Positions 51,663 to 61,598 of a stretch of 64,000 nt of DNA are shown one piece after another (the first letter of the stretch is position 1; each line of letters begins with the position of its first letter). The translations under genes were made by a program, and so were the position numbers. This stretch comes from an uncultured Verrucomicrobiae bacterium (lineage in GTDB: Bacteria > Chlamydiota > Chlamydiia > Chlamydiales > Rhabdochlamydiaceae), in NCBI GenBank assembly GCA_963806855.1, contig CAWDYW010000001.1, forward strand, positions 32,001-96,000, given 5' to 3'. Under the pieces are notes generated by a model, which saw only the letters and a program-made list of their open reading frames with translations, was not told the origin of the DNA and did no database searches.

Positions 51663-53873
51663 ATGGATTCAGTTCAGGATAAAAAAAATAAAAAGGTGGA
51701 CATGGGGTACTTGGTTGATTTTGAAAAAGCAATCGCCAACCACGATGCGCCTGCGATTTTGCGTCTCTGGGAGGAATATACCTCTTCAGATGAAGTAGAT
51801 GGCGAAGATTTTCGGGCAATTCTCGAGGCTGTCAAGAAGTCTGATCTGCGCGATTATATCGGACGCCACATGGAGCGCGCGCTCCCACTCTGGGAAAAAA
51901 TAAAGAATGAGGAGCTTGCAGACGATATTCTCCGCTTGATGGTCGATCTTCAGACATTAAATAGCGATCTTCTGCGACAACTCACATTCGCTCATCTTGA
52001 GAAAAAATTTGGGCAAGACAAACTTTTCAACGAAAAGATGCGTCTGATCGGCCTGCGCGGCGAAAAAGGGGATTTTAAAGGGGCGATCGGCCATTTTCTC
52101 CTTCTCAATCACATGCAAAAAGGAAATTTTGTTTTCCATACTCTTGGATGGGGCGTGGGCGAGATCATGGATGTCTCTATGCTCCGCGAACAACTGAGCC
52201 TGGAGTTCGACTATGCTCCTGGACGAAAAGACATGTCGTTCAAGATAGTCTTTACAACCCTAATTCCAATCCCGAAAACCCACTTTCTCGCAGAGCGATT
52301 TGGCAATCCAGATGCTTTGGAAGAAAAAGCGAAACAAAATCCGGTTGAGCTGATCCGCAGATTGCTCAAGGATCTCGGACCAAAAACTGCTGCTGAAATC
52401 AAAGATGAACTCTGCGAACTCGTCATCCCAGAAAATGAGTGGAACCGCTGGTGGCAGACAGCTCGTACAAAACTGAAAAAAGATACTCATATTGAAAGTC
52501 CCTCTGATTTGAAAATGCCCTTCCGGCTGCTGAAGGAGGAGATTTCTCATGAAGAACGGCTCCAGGCTGAACTCGAAAAGAAACCCGACGCCGAGACTTT
52601 GATCCAAATGGTCTACGGCTTCTTGAAGGATTTCTCCGATACGCTGAAAAATGTTGCCTTCAAAGAGTCGCTGCTTGCCAAAATGAAAGAGCTGATTTCT
52701 TTCCAAGAGATTACTGCTGCCCAAGAGCTGCAAATCCACTTTTTCTTAGTTGATCTAAGCGGTGAAAAGGATTATCAAGCGATTCCTGAACTGCTCAAGA
52801 AAGTCGAATCGATCGAAAAATTGGTCGGGCAAATTTCGATTCAGTCGTTCAAAAAACGGGCCCTCATGCAGGTCCGCAAGTACAACACCAATTGGGAAGA
52901 GATCTTCCTCAATCTCCTCTTCACCGTCGAGCAGTCCCCCTTACGCGACTATATCCTTGGAGAGTTGCTGAAATCAAGCAAAGCAGCCGAGCTTAAAAAA
53001 CGGCTCGACGAGCTGTGTCACAATCCGCATCACTATCCTGAAATGATCATTTGGTATTTCCAAAAATGTCTCGAAGATCCCTCTCTTCCACATGGAACAC
53101 CCCAGGGGAAATCGACCGTTTTTGAAGCCTTTTTGGTCTCCCTAGGCTTCCTTGAGCAGAAAGGGGAACAGCGGGAACTCATCAAAAAGATGCATGGGAT
53201 CCTCGCTGCCAACCGATATGCGATCGTCCGCAATATCATGAAAGAGGCTAGTGTCACCGATGTGCAGGAATTCTTGCTCCTCATCTCCAAATGCCATTCG
53301 CTCTCCGACCATGATATCAAGATCTTCCACTCGCTAGCTGAAGTGGCCCACCCCTCCCTTGCCAAAAAGAAGAAAAAAACGAAGACAGAAGAAGAGGATG
53401 AGGTCATTTGGACAACTGCGGAAGGGTATAACCTCCTGCAGAAAAAGATCGAGCAGATTGGGACAGTCGAAACAGTCGAAAATGCCAAAGAGATCGAAAT
53501 CGCCAGAGCCCATGGCGACTTGAGAGAAAATGCCGAGTTCAAAGCAGCCCTTGAAAGACGGGATCGACTCCAATCGGAACTCAAATTCCTCTCGGATCAG
53601 CTCAACAAGAGCCGCATCCTTTCTAAGGACGATTTCGATACGAAGAAAGTGGGTATAGGGGCGATTGTCGACTGCAAAAGCGAAGATGGAGAGCTTGTCT
53701 CTTACACGATCCTCGGTCCTTGGGATGCAGATACCGACAAGAACATTCTTTCCTTTCAATCCAAATTGGCCAAGAGCATGGTCGACCTGAAAAAAGGCGA
53801 TACATTTGAGATTCAAGGGAAGCAATATACGATCTTGGATTTCCGCTCAGCGCTTATAGTTAGGGCTGTTTAA
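51663..53873 (+). CDS. greA: Transcription elongation factor GreA with long chlamydial N-terminal extension
   Basis: C-terminal ARAHGDLRENAEF, YTILGPWDAD, SFQSKLA. Confidence 0.92.
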   Translation: MDSVQDKKNKKVDMGYLVDFEKAIANHDAPAILRLWEEYTSSDEVDGEDFRAILEAVKKSDLRDYIGRHMERALPLWEKIKNEELADDILRLMVDLQTLNSDLLRQLTFAHLEKKFGQDKLFNEKMRLIGLRGEKGDFKGAIGHFLLLNHMQKGNFVFHTLGWGVGEIMDVSMLREQLSLEFDYAPGRKDMSFKIVFTTLIPIPKTHFLAERFGNPDALEEKAKQNPVELIRRLLKDLGPKTAAEIKDELCELVIPENEWNRWWQTARTKLKKDTHIESPSDLKMPFRLLKEEISHEERLQAELEKKPDAETLIQMVYGFLKDFSDTLKNVAFKESLLAKMKELISFQEITAAQELQIHFFLVDLSGEKDYQAIPELLKKVESIEKLVGQISIQSFKKRALMQVRKYNTNWEEIFLNLLFTVEQSPLRDYILGELLKSSKAAELKKRLDELCHNPHHYPEMIIWYFQKCLEDPSLPHGTPQGKSTVFEAFLVSLGFLEQKGEQRELIKKMHGILAANRYAIVRNIMKEASVTDVQEFLLLISKCHSLSDHDIKIFHSLAEVAHPSLAKKKKKTKTEEEDEVIWTTAEGYNLLQKKIEQIGTVETVENAKEIEIARAHGDLRENAEFKAALERRDRLQSELKFLSDQLNKSRILSKDDFDTKKVGIGAIVDCKSEDGELVSYTILGPWDADTDKNILSFQSKLAKSMVDLKKGDTFEIQGKQYTILDFRSALIVRAV

Positions 53874-53933
53874 CGTAAAGGCGCAAGACGAAAAAAAAGG
53901 AATTTTTTTATCTTTGTGTCTTGGCGCCCTGGC
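53872..53933. repeat. Family C hairpin directly after greA, possible terminator
   Basis: aacgtaaaggcgcaagacg...ctttgtgtcttggcgcc. Confidence 0.5.
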
Positions 53934-54026
53934 ACTGAAACTCTTAGAGTAGTCTATTTTGTTTTGGCCTTGACTTTCGCATTCACAGTTTCTGGCCATG
54001 AGCTTTCGTAAAGATTCAGATTAGCC

Positions 54027-54372
54027 TTAAAATACCATGCTAGCGAGTCCCAGAGTTGAGTAGGTAACCCACCGGGGAATATAGAGATAATCCTGAGCTA
54101 GTGTTGAGCAGACCATCATAATACTTGCTTCGACTGCTGAATTGAGTGAAAGAACAGCAACATTTTTCAGCGAGCTCCCAGAATCTGAAAGATACGAATT
54201 GCATTTAAAGAGAACCTCATGGGGAAGGGCGAAAATAAACGTTGTAATGGCTGCAACAGGAGGGGTCACCCAAGAGTACGCAGATGTTAGATTGATCGAG
54301 AGAGACAATCGCGAGAGGCAAAGCTGGGCCGACCAAAATGTCCTATCCCTTTAATTTTTCTATAGGACTCAT
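54027..54372 (-). pseudogene. Small hydrophobic ORF, interrupted near its 5' end
   Basis: GGAGG RBS and ATG at 54372 are not continuous with the 54027-54308 ORF. Confidence 0.35.
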
Positions 54373-54552
54373 TTTTATCCTCCCATACCCTCTTTTCAAT
54401 CGAAGCTTCATCGCCCTTGTAAGTATTATAAAACCAGCCAGCGTTCTTTAGAGTTACTGCCATATTACCCTCCTGAGGAAGTAAAGTTATACTGGAAGAG
54501 GCGGATTTATTTCTACCTTTACAGCACGATTTGTAAATGTTATCTTAAATTC

Positions 54553-55155
54553 ATGAAGTTGATCATCGCCAGCCAGAACGTCCACAAGATCCGGGAATTC
54601 CGCTCAATGCTCCGTGGCAATACAAAGCTCGATCTTTTCTCCCTCATCGATTTCCCCGATTATACTCTACCGCCAGAGGATGGGGCATCATTTGAAGAAA
54701 ATGCAATTATCAAAGCGACCGATGCAGCCAAGATGCTTGATGAATGGGTGATTGCCGATGATTCGGGTCTCGTGATTCCAGCCCTTGATGGAGCTCCTGG
54801 CATTTTCTCCTCGCGCTATGCAGGGGAAAAAGCGACCGAAAAAGAAAACCGAAAAAAACTGCTGAGTGAGATGAGCGATTTAAAGGAAGATCAGCGCAAT
54901 GGCTATTATGAGTGCTGCATCGCCTTGGCATCGCCCGAAGGATTAGTCAAAAGCGCCTCAGCGCGCTGTGAAGGGACGATCCTCGATAAAGAGCGGGGCG
55001 GTCAGGGCTTCGGCTACGACAGCCTATTTAAAAAGCATGACTACAACAAGACCTTTGCTGAACTCGAAGAAGAAGTGAAGAACCGGATCTCCCATCGACG
55101 AAAGGCTCTAGACAAAATCCTCCTGCACTTGGAGAGCAGTGTCTTTTCTCATTGA
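54553..55155 (+). CDS. rdgB: Non-canonical purine NTP pyrophosphatase (HAM1 family)
   Basis: ASQNVHK, ADDSGL, APGIFSSRYAG, GFGYD, SHR. Confidence 0.95.
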   Translation: MKLIIASQNVHKIREFRSMLRGNTKLDLFSLIDFPDYTLPPEDGASFEENAIIKATDAAKMLDEWVIADDSGLVIPALDGAPGIFSSRYAGEKATEKENRKKLLSEMSDLKEDQRNGYYECCIALASPEGLVKSASARCEGTILDKERGGQGFGYDSLFKKHDYNKTFAELEEEVKNRISHRRKALDKILLHLESSVFSH

Positions 55156-55624
55156 CGGCTATAATTTCTTATTCCGGATCGAAGGACTAAAAAAAGGATC
55201 GCTTGAAAATCGGCGGCAGCACTTCATCGCAGTGCTCGATCAGGAGCTCGGCTGTTTCAAAGCGTCAGTTTTCATCATCTTCGATAGCTCCCAGCAACTG
55301 CACTCTTACGCCCAATGTGCCCATTATGAGCATCTCGACGTCCTCTACGCTCCGAAGGGGCAAAGCGCCGATGAATATATCCTCGAACTGATCGAAATCA
55401 GCCGCACCCCCAAAACCTTGACGGTGATCACCTCTGACACTGGACTAGCTCGTCAATGCCATGCTTTAGGAGCAAAGTCTTTGTCGATCGAAGATTTCAT
55501 GCTCCTCGTGGTCAAAAGGGGGAAAAAGGGGATCTGTCGACCCATTTCCTATCAGGAAACACCCGCTGAAATGGAGCGTCTTCTAAAAGCCTTTGAGAAG
55601 AAATTAAAAAACACTGAATTCTGA
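55139..55624 (+). CDS. NYN/YacP-like PIN-fold RNase
   Basis: LIDGYN, IFDS, SADEYI, VITSD. Confidence 0.85.
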   Translation: MSFLIDGYNFLFRIEGLKKGSLENRRQHFIAVLDQELGCFKASVFIIFDSSQQLHSYAQCAHYEHLDVLYAPKGQSADEYILELIEISRTPKTLTVITSDTGLARQCHALGAKSLSIEDFMLLVVKRGKKGICRPISYQETPAEMERLLKAFEKKLKNTEF

Positions 55625-55870
55625 GAAGAGTTTTTCCGCTTTTGTGATCTGCATGTCAATGCTGACGATGAGCTTACCAAAGACATTGCGGAGTTTGGCG
55701 ATCAGCTCTTCAACCTCTTTCCTCCCTCCCTGGGCGATGATTTCCACGGTCCCATCGGCGCAATTTCGTACGGTACCCTTCAAACCAAGTTCATGGGCAA
55801 AGGCGGCAGTCGTCGCACGAAAGCCCACTCCATGGACCCGTCCATAAACTTTAGCCTTTAATTCGATCAT
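55604..55870 (-). CDS. acyP: Acylphosphatase
   Basis: VYGRVHGVGFR, GTVRNCADGTVE. Confidence 0.9.
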   Translation of the reverse strand: MIELKAKVYGRVHGVGFRATTAAFAHELGLKGTVRNCADGTVEIIAQGGRKEVEELIAKLRNVFGKLIVSIDMQITKAEKLFSEFSVF

Positions 55871-56856
55871 CGCTCTTCCCAATCGATGGAGCGGAGTGTC
55901 GCGGCCACCTCTTGCAGATTTTCAGCTTTGGCCACCATCTCTTTTAATTTTTTTACGCTGCTGCCCCCTTTTCTGAGGTACCAGGAGCCAATCCGTCGCA
56001 GATCGAGAAGAGCCTTTCTTTCTGGCTGATAGGTGAGAATCTGATCCAAATGGTCTAGAAACACATCGCGCACCTGATTTCCACTTCGCTCTTCAACTAT
56101 CTCTCCAAGGAAATGGCGAATGATATCTTCGATGAGCCAAGGGGCGCCAAATGTCCCGCGCGATAGGAGGACCCCATCGCAACCCGTTTGCGCAAACATC
56201 CTCTCGGCGCTGAGGTGATCGACCACATCGCCATTGCCAAAGACCGGCATCGCTTTGGCCGCCTTCTTGCATTCGGTGATGTAATCCCAGTTGGCGGGGC
56301 CATTATAGCCTTGCTCCCGCGTCCGCCCGTGGACAAAAATCGCTTTCGCCCCCGCCTTTTCCGCAATTTCAGTCACCAGAGGTCCGTTGATCGAATTCTC
56401 GTCCCATCCGGCCCGGATTTTCACCGTCACCGGAATTTTGACTGCCGCGATCATGTTCGAGAGGAGCTCGCCAATCAACTCTGGATGGCGCAAAAGACCA
56501 GAGCCGCTATTGTCCTTCGTCACCTTATCGACAGGGCAACCGCAATTGAGATCGACCATATCGAATCCGAGTTCTTCGATGATCTTTGCGCAAGGGCCAG
56601 CCAATTTGGGTTTACTTCCACATAGCTGTGCTCCAATCGGATGCATCGACCCATCGTAGTCAAGGATTCGATAGGTGTGGGGATCATGCCGGATCAGCGC
56701 ATCCATCTTGACCATTTCGCAAAAGATCATTCCAGGCCTATAGCTGCTGGTCATCCGCCGAAAGGGGAGGTCTGAGCAGCCAGCCAATGCAGAGCAGAAA
56801 ATATTATTGGGAAGCGAGAGGGAGCCTAATTGAAAAGGGGATTTAAAAAATAGCAT
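55867..56856 (-). CDS. dusB: tRNA-dihydrouridine synthase (DusB/NifR3 type)
   Basis: DLNCGCP, VTVKIRAGW, VHGRT, GNGDV. Confidence 0.92.
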   Translation of the reverse strand: MLFFKSPFQLGSLSLPNNIFCSALAGCSDLPFRRMTSSYRPGMIFCEMVKMDALIRHDPHTYRILDYDGSMHPIGAQLCGSKPKLAGPCAKIIEELGFDMVDLNCGCPVDKVTKDNSGSGLLRHPELIGELLSNMIAAVKIPVTVKIRAGWDENSINGPLVTEIAEKAGAKAIFVHGRTREQGYNGPANWDYITECKKAAKAMPVFGNGDVVDHLSAERMFAQTGCDGVLLSRGTFGAPWLIEDIIRHFLGEIVEERSGNQVRDVFLDHLDQILTYQPERKALLDLRRIGSWYLRKGGSSVKKLKEMVAKAENLQEVAATLRSIDWEER

Positions 56857-57118
56857 TAACGAACCCAAGGATCATCCGTTCGAGGATTTGTAAGGCAAAA
56901 AAGGCGAGCATCGGACTTAAATCGAAAGCCCCGCCGATCGGAGGGATAATGCGCCGAAAGATGTTGAGATAGGGATCGGTCAACCAACGGGCAAACCGCA
57001 TGATCGGGTGATAGGCGTATTTAGGGAGCCAGGAGCCGATGATTCGGACGAGAATCACTAAAGTATAGGCAAAGAAAATCCAATGGATTGCTTTCAATAA
57101 ATAGATCATAAGAATCAT
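56843..57118 (-). CDS. yggT: YggT-family membrane protein
   Basis: SWLP...LTDPYL..FRRIIPPIGG.FDLSP. Confidence 0.9.
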   Translation of the reverse strand: MILMIYLLKAIHWIFFAYTLVILVRIIGSWLPKYAYHPIMRFARWLTDPYLNIFRRIIPPIGGAFDLSPMLAFFALQILERMILGFVNAIF

Positions 57119-57184
57119 TATAGCACATAAACCTTTTCGCAAAAACCTCTTCTTCGAGTATCATAGAATAACTAGGATCTGCAA

Positions 57185-58606
57185 ATGTTTTTTTTAGGCA
57201 CCCATTCGGCAAAAAACGCCGCCATTCGTAAAGAAAAAAATTCAATCCGAATTGAGCATCTCGGTGATGATGTAAACCCGCTTTACAATAGCGCTGAAAT
57301 CGTCACTGGCCTTGAAACACGCGACGTGCTCCTGCGCAATTTAACCCTCAAGCTCAAGTCGAAGCGAGAAATTTTGGCAGCCCTGCCGTTCCAAGTCGAA
57401 CACCTTCTCCCATACTCCCAAGAGGAGCTCATCCTTCTACCCACGCTATATCCCAAAGAAGGGGAAACTGAAGTCTTTTTATTGGCCACCTCGCAAAGCA
57501 CCCTAGAGCGGCATCTTGCCGATATGAATTCCCTCGGCATCGACCCCGATATTGTCTCCGCCGTTCCTCTGGCCCTCTTCCGCTTTGCAACCCATTTTTT
57601 TTCCGAACATCCCTCTCTATTCGTCTACCACTGCGATGAAGATGAACACACCTTCGTCATCATTAAAGAGGGGAGGCTCTATGCGTCCCAGGTGCAACGA
57701 ACTGAAGATCTCGACCGGATGTGCGCCTACATGCAGAAAAAATTTCCCGAGATCCAATCGATTCTCCATACCGGAATCGACAATCTCCCCACCCCCTTTA
57801 TTCCGATTGAATTTGACGACCCACTGCATGCCGAATATGCGATCCCCATCGGCCTGGCTCTCGATGCCGCCAAAGGAGATCAGCAAAGTGGGCAATTTCG
57901 TCAGGTAAGCCTATCAAAAAAAGAGACCAAAAAAAGGAAAACAAGACTCTTCACCTTTTTAGCAGTCTGCGGCGCCTTTATTTTTTCGACCCTCTTTTTT
58001 GGCCACTTCCACTTGACCAAGAAGGAAAATGCCGCTCTAGCCGCTTTGGGATGCCCAAAAGGAGCGCGTCTAAAGAATGAGGTCGCGCAACTCTACTCAT
58101 CACTTCAATCGCCGAAAAAATCGCATCTGCGCATTGCGACAATCCCAAAAGTTCATGAAGTGCTCACCTGGCTCAGCACCCATCCAGCGCTCCCCGAAGA
58201 GAGCTCGATCACCCGCCTGCGCTATGATCTCGCCACCGCGCCTACGCTCGGCTCCCAAGTCAAAACTTATGCGGCGACAGTCGATCTAGAATTGACAATG
58301 CCCTCTGCACGAGCTGCGAGGAACTTCCATGAAGCCCTTTTAAAAGATGCGATGGTCGATCAGAAAAATCCGATACAATGGAGTGGCGACCATGGGATCT
58401 ACCGGACGAAATTTTATTTATACCCCGCCTCGCCCAAAAGTGTGAATTTGGACCGCGCCAAAGCCTCGGGGTTCAACTGTTTTTCCGAGGGTTGTATGTA
58501 TTCGATACTACCCTCGGAAAAACAGCTGAACCGCGAGAGCTTTCGCGTGGGTCCAAATTCACACTTTTTGGCGAGTCGGGGTATTAAGGCGAGAATATTA
58601 AAGTGA
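57185..58606 (+). CDS. Conserved chlamydial protein with GspL/PilM-like N-terminal region; C-terminus encoded by a family A element
   Basis: LLRNLTL...ALPFQVEHLLP...GIDPDIV...ALFRF, one TM segment, last ~60 aa read through the palindrome. Confidence 0.6.
   Translation: MFFLGTHSAKNAAIRKEKNSIRIEHLGDDVNPLYNSAEIVTGLETRDVLLRNLTLKLKSKREILAALPFQVEHLLPYSQEELILLPTLYPKEGETEVFLLATSQSTLERHLADMNSLGIDPDIVSAVPLALFRFATHFFSEHPSLFVYHCDEDEHTFVIIKEGRLYASQVQRTEDLDRMCAYMQKKFPEIQSILHTGIDNLPTPFIPIEFDDPLHAEYAIPIGLALDAAKGDQQSGQFRQVSLSKKETKKRKTRLFTFLAVCGAFIFSTLFFGHFHLTKKENAALAALGCPKGARLKNEVAQLYSSLQSPKKSHLRIATIPKVHEVLTWLSTHPALPEESSITRLRYDLATAPTLGSQVKTYAATVDLELTMPSARAARNFHEALLKDAMVDQKNPIQWSGDHGIYRTKFYLYPASPKSVNLDRAKASGFNCFSEGCMYSILPSEKQLNRESFRVGPNSHFLASRGIKARILK
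58419..58585. mobile_element. Palindromic element family A, full copy in opposite orientation
   Basis: Terminal inverted repeats tacccc...ggggta flanked by tta on both sides. Confidence 0.92.
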
Positions 58607-59172
58607 AACAACTGCAGTCTCAGCTCAAATTTTACCTCACCCACCCTCTCGCCTGGATCATCGGGGGAGTCGCCTGCTGCCTCCTTACCCTGCTCTATCA
58701 CATCACCGCAGAGCAAAAACTGACTCGACTCACAGAGGCGGCGCTACAGCTAAAAAGGAGACAAACCTGGACGGCAGAGAAGGATCACATAGAAAAGAAA
58801 CTGCTCCAGCAACTCAAAGTAGCCGATCGGGACTATATTGAAAAAGAGCTTGAGAGCCTCCATTTTCTAAACGCAAAAAATATCCAAAGCGATTCCAACA
58901 CATTCCACTTCCGCGAGCAAAATTTTCAACGACTTGAAAACTACCAAGAGGTCGAGGTCATCCAAGACCATCCAGTCGAAATGAATCGGAATGATTTAAA
59001 AAAAGTGCTCGCCCGGATCGAAAACAGAGCGATCGGCCCCTTCTACCCTGGAGCAAATCCCCCCGATTTGTTGATTAAGAAATTTGAGCTAATAAAAAAA
59101 CCGATGAGTTCGACAGAAGAGACCTATCTGATCAATTTAGAACTCACCAAATTTGAGATGGTTCATGAATAA
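58603..59172 (+). CDS. Hypothetical bitopic membrane protein (GspM/PilO-like topology)
   Basis: N-terminal TM segment then coiled coil; translationally coupled to both neighbours. Confidence 0.6.
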   Translation: MKQLQSQLKFYLTHPLAWIIGGVACCLLTLLYHITAEQKLTRLTEAALQLKRRQTWTAEKDHIEKKLLQQLKVADRDYIEKELESLHFLNAKNIQSDSNTFHFREQNFQRLENYQEVEVIQDHPVEMNRNDLKKVLARIENRAIGPFYPGANPPDLLIKKFELIKKPMSSTEETYLINLELTKFEMVHE

Positions 59173-60436
59173 AGTCACGCTTACCTTCCTTCTCCTTTTA
59201 GCCTTATCTGCGGGTTGCCGCTCCCAGACTGACACCAGCAACACGATCGTCAGCATGCAAACCTCAGATCGAAACGGCTTCTCCGAGACAATCAGTACCA
59301 AAGACCGCCTCGCCGTCTACCAAAACGTCAATTTCTTAGCCTCCCAGCCCTATGAAAAAGTGATGCGAGTCTATAAGAAAGATAGAGAAGGGAAGAGCCA
59401 TGCCAAGCTGACAAGCTACCACCAGAACGGCGGGATTTGGCAATACCTGGAAGTGGTCGACAACCGAGCCAATGGCCGCTTTCTCCAGTGGCATGAAAAT
59501 GGGAAACAGATGATCGAGGGAACCATCATCGAAGGGATGGCCGATTTAAGCGAACTCGCCCAACAGAGCTGGCTCTTCGACAAAGAATGCAAAGTGTGGG
59601 ATGAAGAGGGCAACCTAGAAGCGCTCTTTACGTATGAAAAGGGATTGCTAACCGGCGAAGCAGTTTACTACTTTCCAAGTGGTAAAGTGGCCAAAATCAT
59701 TCCCTACACAAAAGGGATCATTAACGGCCTCCTCACCGCCTACGATGAAGAGGGCAATATCCTGCAGCAGATCCCGTTCAAAGATGGGCTCAAAGATGGA
59801 TCTGCCTTTGATTCCTGGGTTTACGGAGTGACGAAATCACAAGAATTCTATCAAAATGGACTCTTGCTCGAAGGGTCATATTTTGATCCCCGAGGTGGGC
59901 TCGTCTCCGAAATAAAAACTGGCAGCGGCACAAAAGCCCAGTTCACTGGGGACGAGCTCTTTAGTCTCACCCAATATCAAAATGGGATAGTTGACGGAGA
60001 GGTCAAAGAATTTAGCCCGACTGGAAAACTCCGCTGCTGCTATATGATTCGCGACGGGAAGAAAAATGGGGAAGAGAATGAGTATTATCCAGATGGGAAG
60101 ACACCCAAACTCATGCTAACCTGGGCGGGCGATCTGATCCAAGGGATGGTCAAAACCTGGTATAAAAATGGCATCGTCGAGAGCCAGCGGGAAATGACCG
60201 GGAACAAAAAACATGGCATCTGCTTGGCCTATTACAATACTGGGGAGCCAATGTTGATGGAAGAGTATGAAAACGACAAGCTCATCAAAGGCTCCTATTT
60301 CAAAAAGGGGGAGAAGCATCCTGTCTCGACCATCGAGAATGGAGCGGGAGTTGCAACCCTCTATACACCTGAAGGGCAATTGCTCAAGAAAGTGAACTAC
60401 GAGAAAAGCAAGCCCGTTTTGAATAGCCAAAATTAA
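59165..60436 (+). CDS. MORN-variant repeat (YwqK-like) lipoprotein
   Basis: Lipobox LSAGC; repeats such as WHENG, YFPSG, YYPDG, WYKNG. Confidence 0.85.
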   Translation: MNKVTLTFLLLLALSAGCRSQTDTSNTIVSMQTSDRNGFSETISTKDRLAVYQNVNFLASQPYEKVMRVYKKDREGKSHAKLTSYHQNGGIWQYLEVVDNRANGRFLQWHENGKQMIEGTIIEGMADLSELAQQSWLFDKECKVWDEEGNLEALFTYEKGLLTGEAVYYFPSGKVAKIIPYTKGIINGLLTAYDEEGNILQQIPFKDGLKDGSAFDSWVYGVTKSQEFYQNGLLLEGSYFDPRGGLVSEIKTGSGTKAQFTGDELFSLTQYQNGIVDGEVKEFSPTGKLRCCYMIRDGKKNGEENEYYPDGKTPKLMLTWAGDLIQGMVKTWYKNGIVESQREMTGNKKHGICLAYYNTGEPMLMEEYENDKLIKGSYFKKGEKHPVSTIENGAGVATLYTPEGQLLKKVNYEKSKPVLNSQN

Positions 60437-60452
60437 AGAAATGCTGTATTAA

Positions 60453-61133
60453 ATGGAACTTATGAAGAAGTTTCCGTTTACCGGCTATTACAGTTATCTG
60501 CTCATTCTTTTCGCACTTGTTTTTGCATTGAGGCCCTATAATAGCGGATTTGCCTACATTGCCTGCTGGAAAGCCCTCTTCAGTATCACCTTCATTGCCG
60601 CGATTTTCAACGTCAAACACCACCGCTATGTGAAATACCTATCGATAATCATAGGAGCCCCAACCCTCGTTTACAGCTGGATCGAACTGTTTTACCCATC
60701 CGAAACTACCTTTGTCATCTTTATACTTCTCGCCATCGCCTTTATGACGGTTGCAAGCACATCAACTGTCTATGACGTCATCCTGAGCGCCCGCGTCACT
60801 TTGGAGACGCTGCGTGGGGTCGTTTGCGCTTACTTCATGGTCGCCCTTACCTTTGCCTATATTTATTATCTGATCGAATACCTGATACCGGGCTCCTTCC
60901 ACCTGATTGTGCGCGACCCGGAATTTTTCACCTACAGCCGCGACCTGTCCCAACTCATCTACTTTAGCTTCATAACTCTGCTGACTATTGGATTTGGCGA
61001 CATCACACCCATTTTGGATATCAGCCAAACCTTTACCATACTGGAAGGGATCATCGGCCAATTTTACATCGCGATTTTGGTCGCCCGAATCGTCGCTGTC
61101 TATTCATATGATAGGAAAATCAAGAGAGTTTGA
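60453..61133 (+). CDS. Potassium channel-family protein
   Basis: YFSFITLLTIGFGDITP selectivity-filter motif. Confidence 0.88.
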   Translation: MELMKKFPFTGYYSYLLILFALVFALRPYNSGFAYIACWKALFSITFIAAIFNVKHHRYVKYLSIIIGAPTLVYSWIELFYPSETTFVIFILLAIAFMTVASTSTVYDVILSARVTLETLRGVVCAYFMVALTFAYIYYLIEYLIPGSFHLIVRDPEFFTYSRDLSQLIYFSFITLLTIGFGDITPILDISQTFTILEGIIGQFYIAILVARIVAVYSYDRKIKRV

Positions 61134-61136
61134 GAT

Positions 61137-61598
61137 CTATTGACTGGCCGATTCGCTTTGCGAGCCTTCTTCAGCCGGCGCCTCATTTTGCCAATGGAGC
61201 TGCTCGTCATTTGGATTGGACCCATAGGGAGAGGCCGGTTTTTTTGGTGGCGGCTTGCAATAGCGGACCCCATCGGAGTTCTCCGCGATGGCGAGCCCTC
61301 CTGACGGGACAAAAGAAGAAACCCCAAATTCATCCCCATCCAAACAGATCCAGTGGACCATATAAGGTGTTTGAGAATAAGTTGGATTGGGCTGGAAAGC
61401 ATTGCTATTGGGACCAAATGCGACATAGCCCCCATTCCAAGTACTATATTTGTTCGGCAAAACGACCATCTCGCCTAGATAGGTCCCATCGCTGGCTCGA
61501 ATGACCACGCGCAGTTTATAGGGACTATCATTATGCAGCCTGACAGTCCCTGCAAAAAGAGCCGACCCGCAAAGAAGCAATATCAGTATTTTTTTCAT
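61137..61598 (-). CDS. Exported hypothetical protein
   Basis: Signal peptide MKKILILLLCGSALFA, two C-terminal Cys. Confidence 0.65.
   Translation of the reverse strand: MKKILILLLCGSALFAGTVRLHNDSPYKLRVVIRASDGTYLGEMVVLPNKYSTWNGGYVAFGPNSNAFQPNPTYSQTPYMVHWICLDGDEFGVSSFVPSGGLAIAENSDGVRYCKPPPKKPASPYGSNPNDEQLHWQNEAPAEEGSQSESASQ

Noticed and set aside
54431..54460. Possible copy of the greA tail
   Set aside because: Needs several gaps to align; not convincing
59165..60436. YwqK-like protein as an antitoxin
   Set aside because: It has a lipobox and no adjacent toxin; the label reflects only MORN-variant repeats
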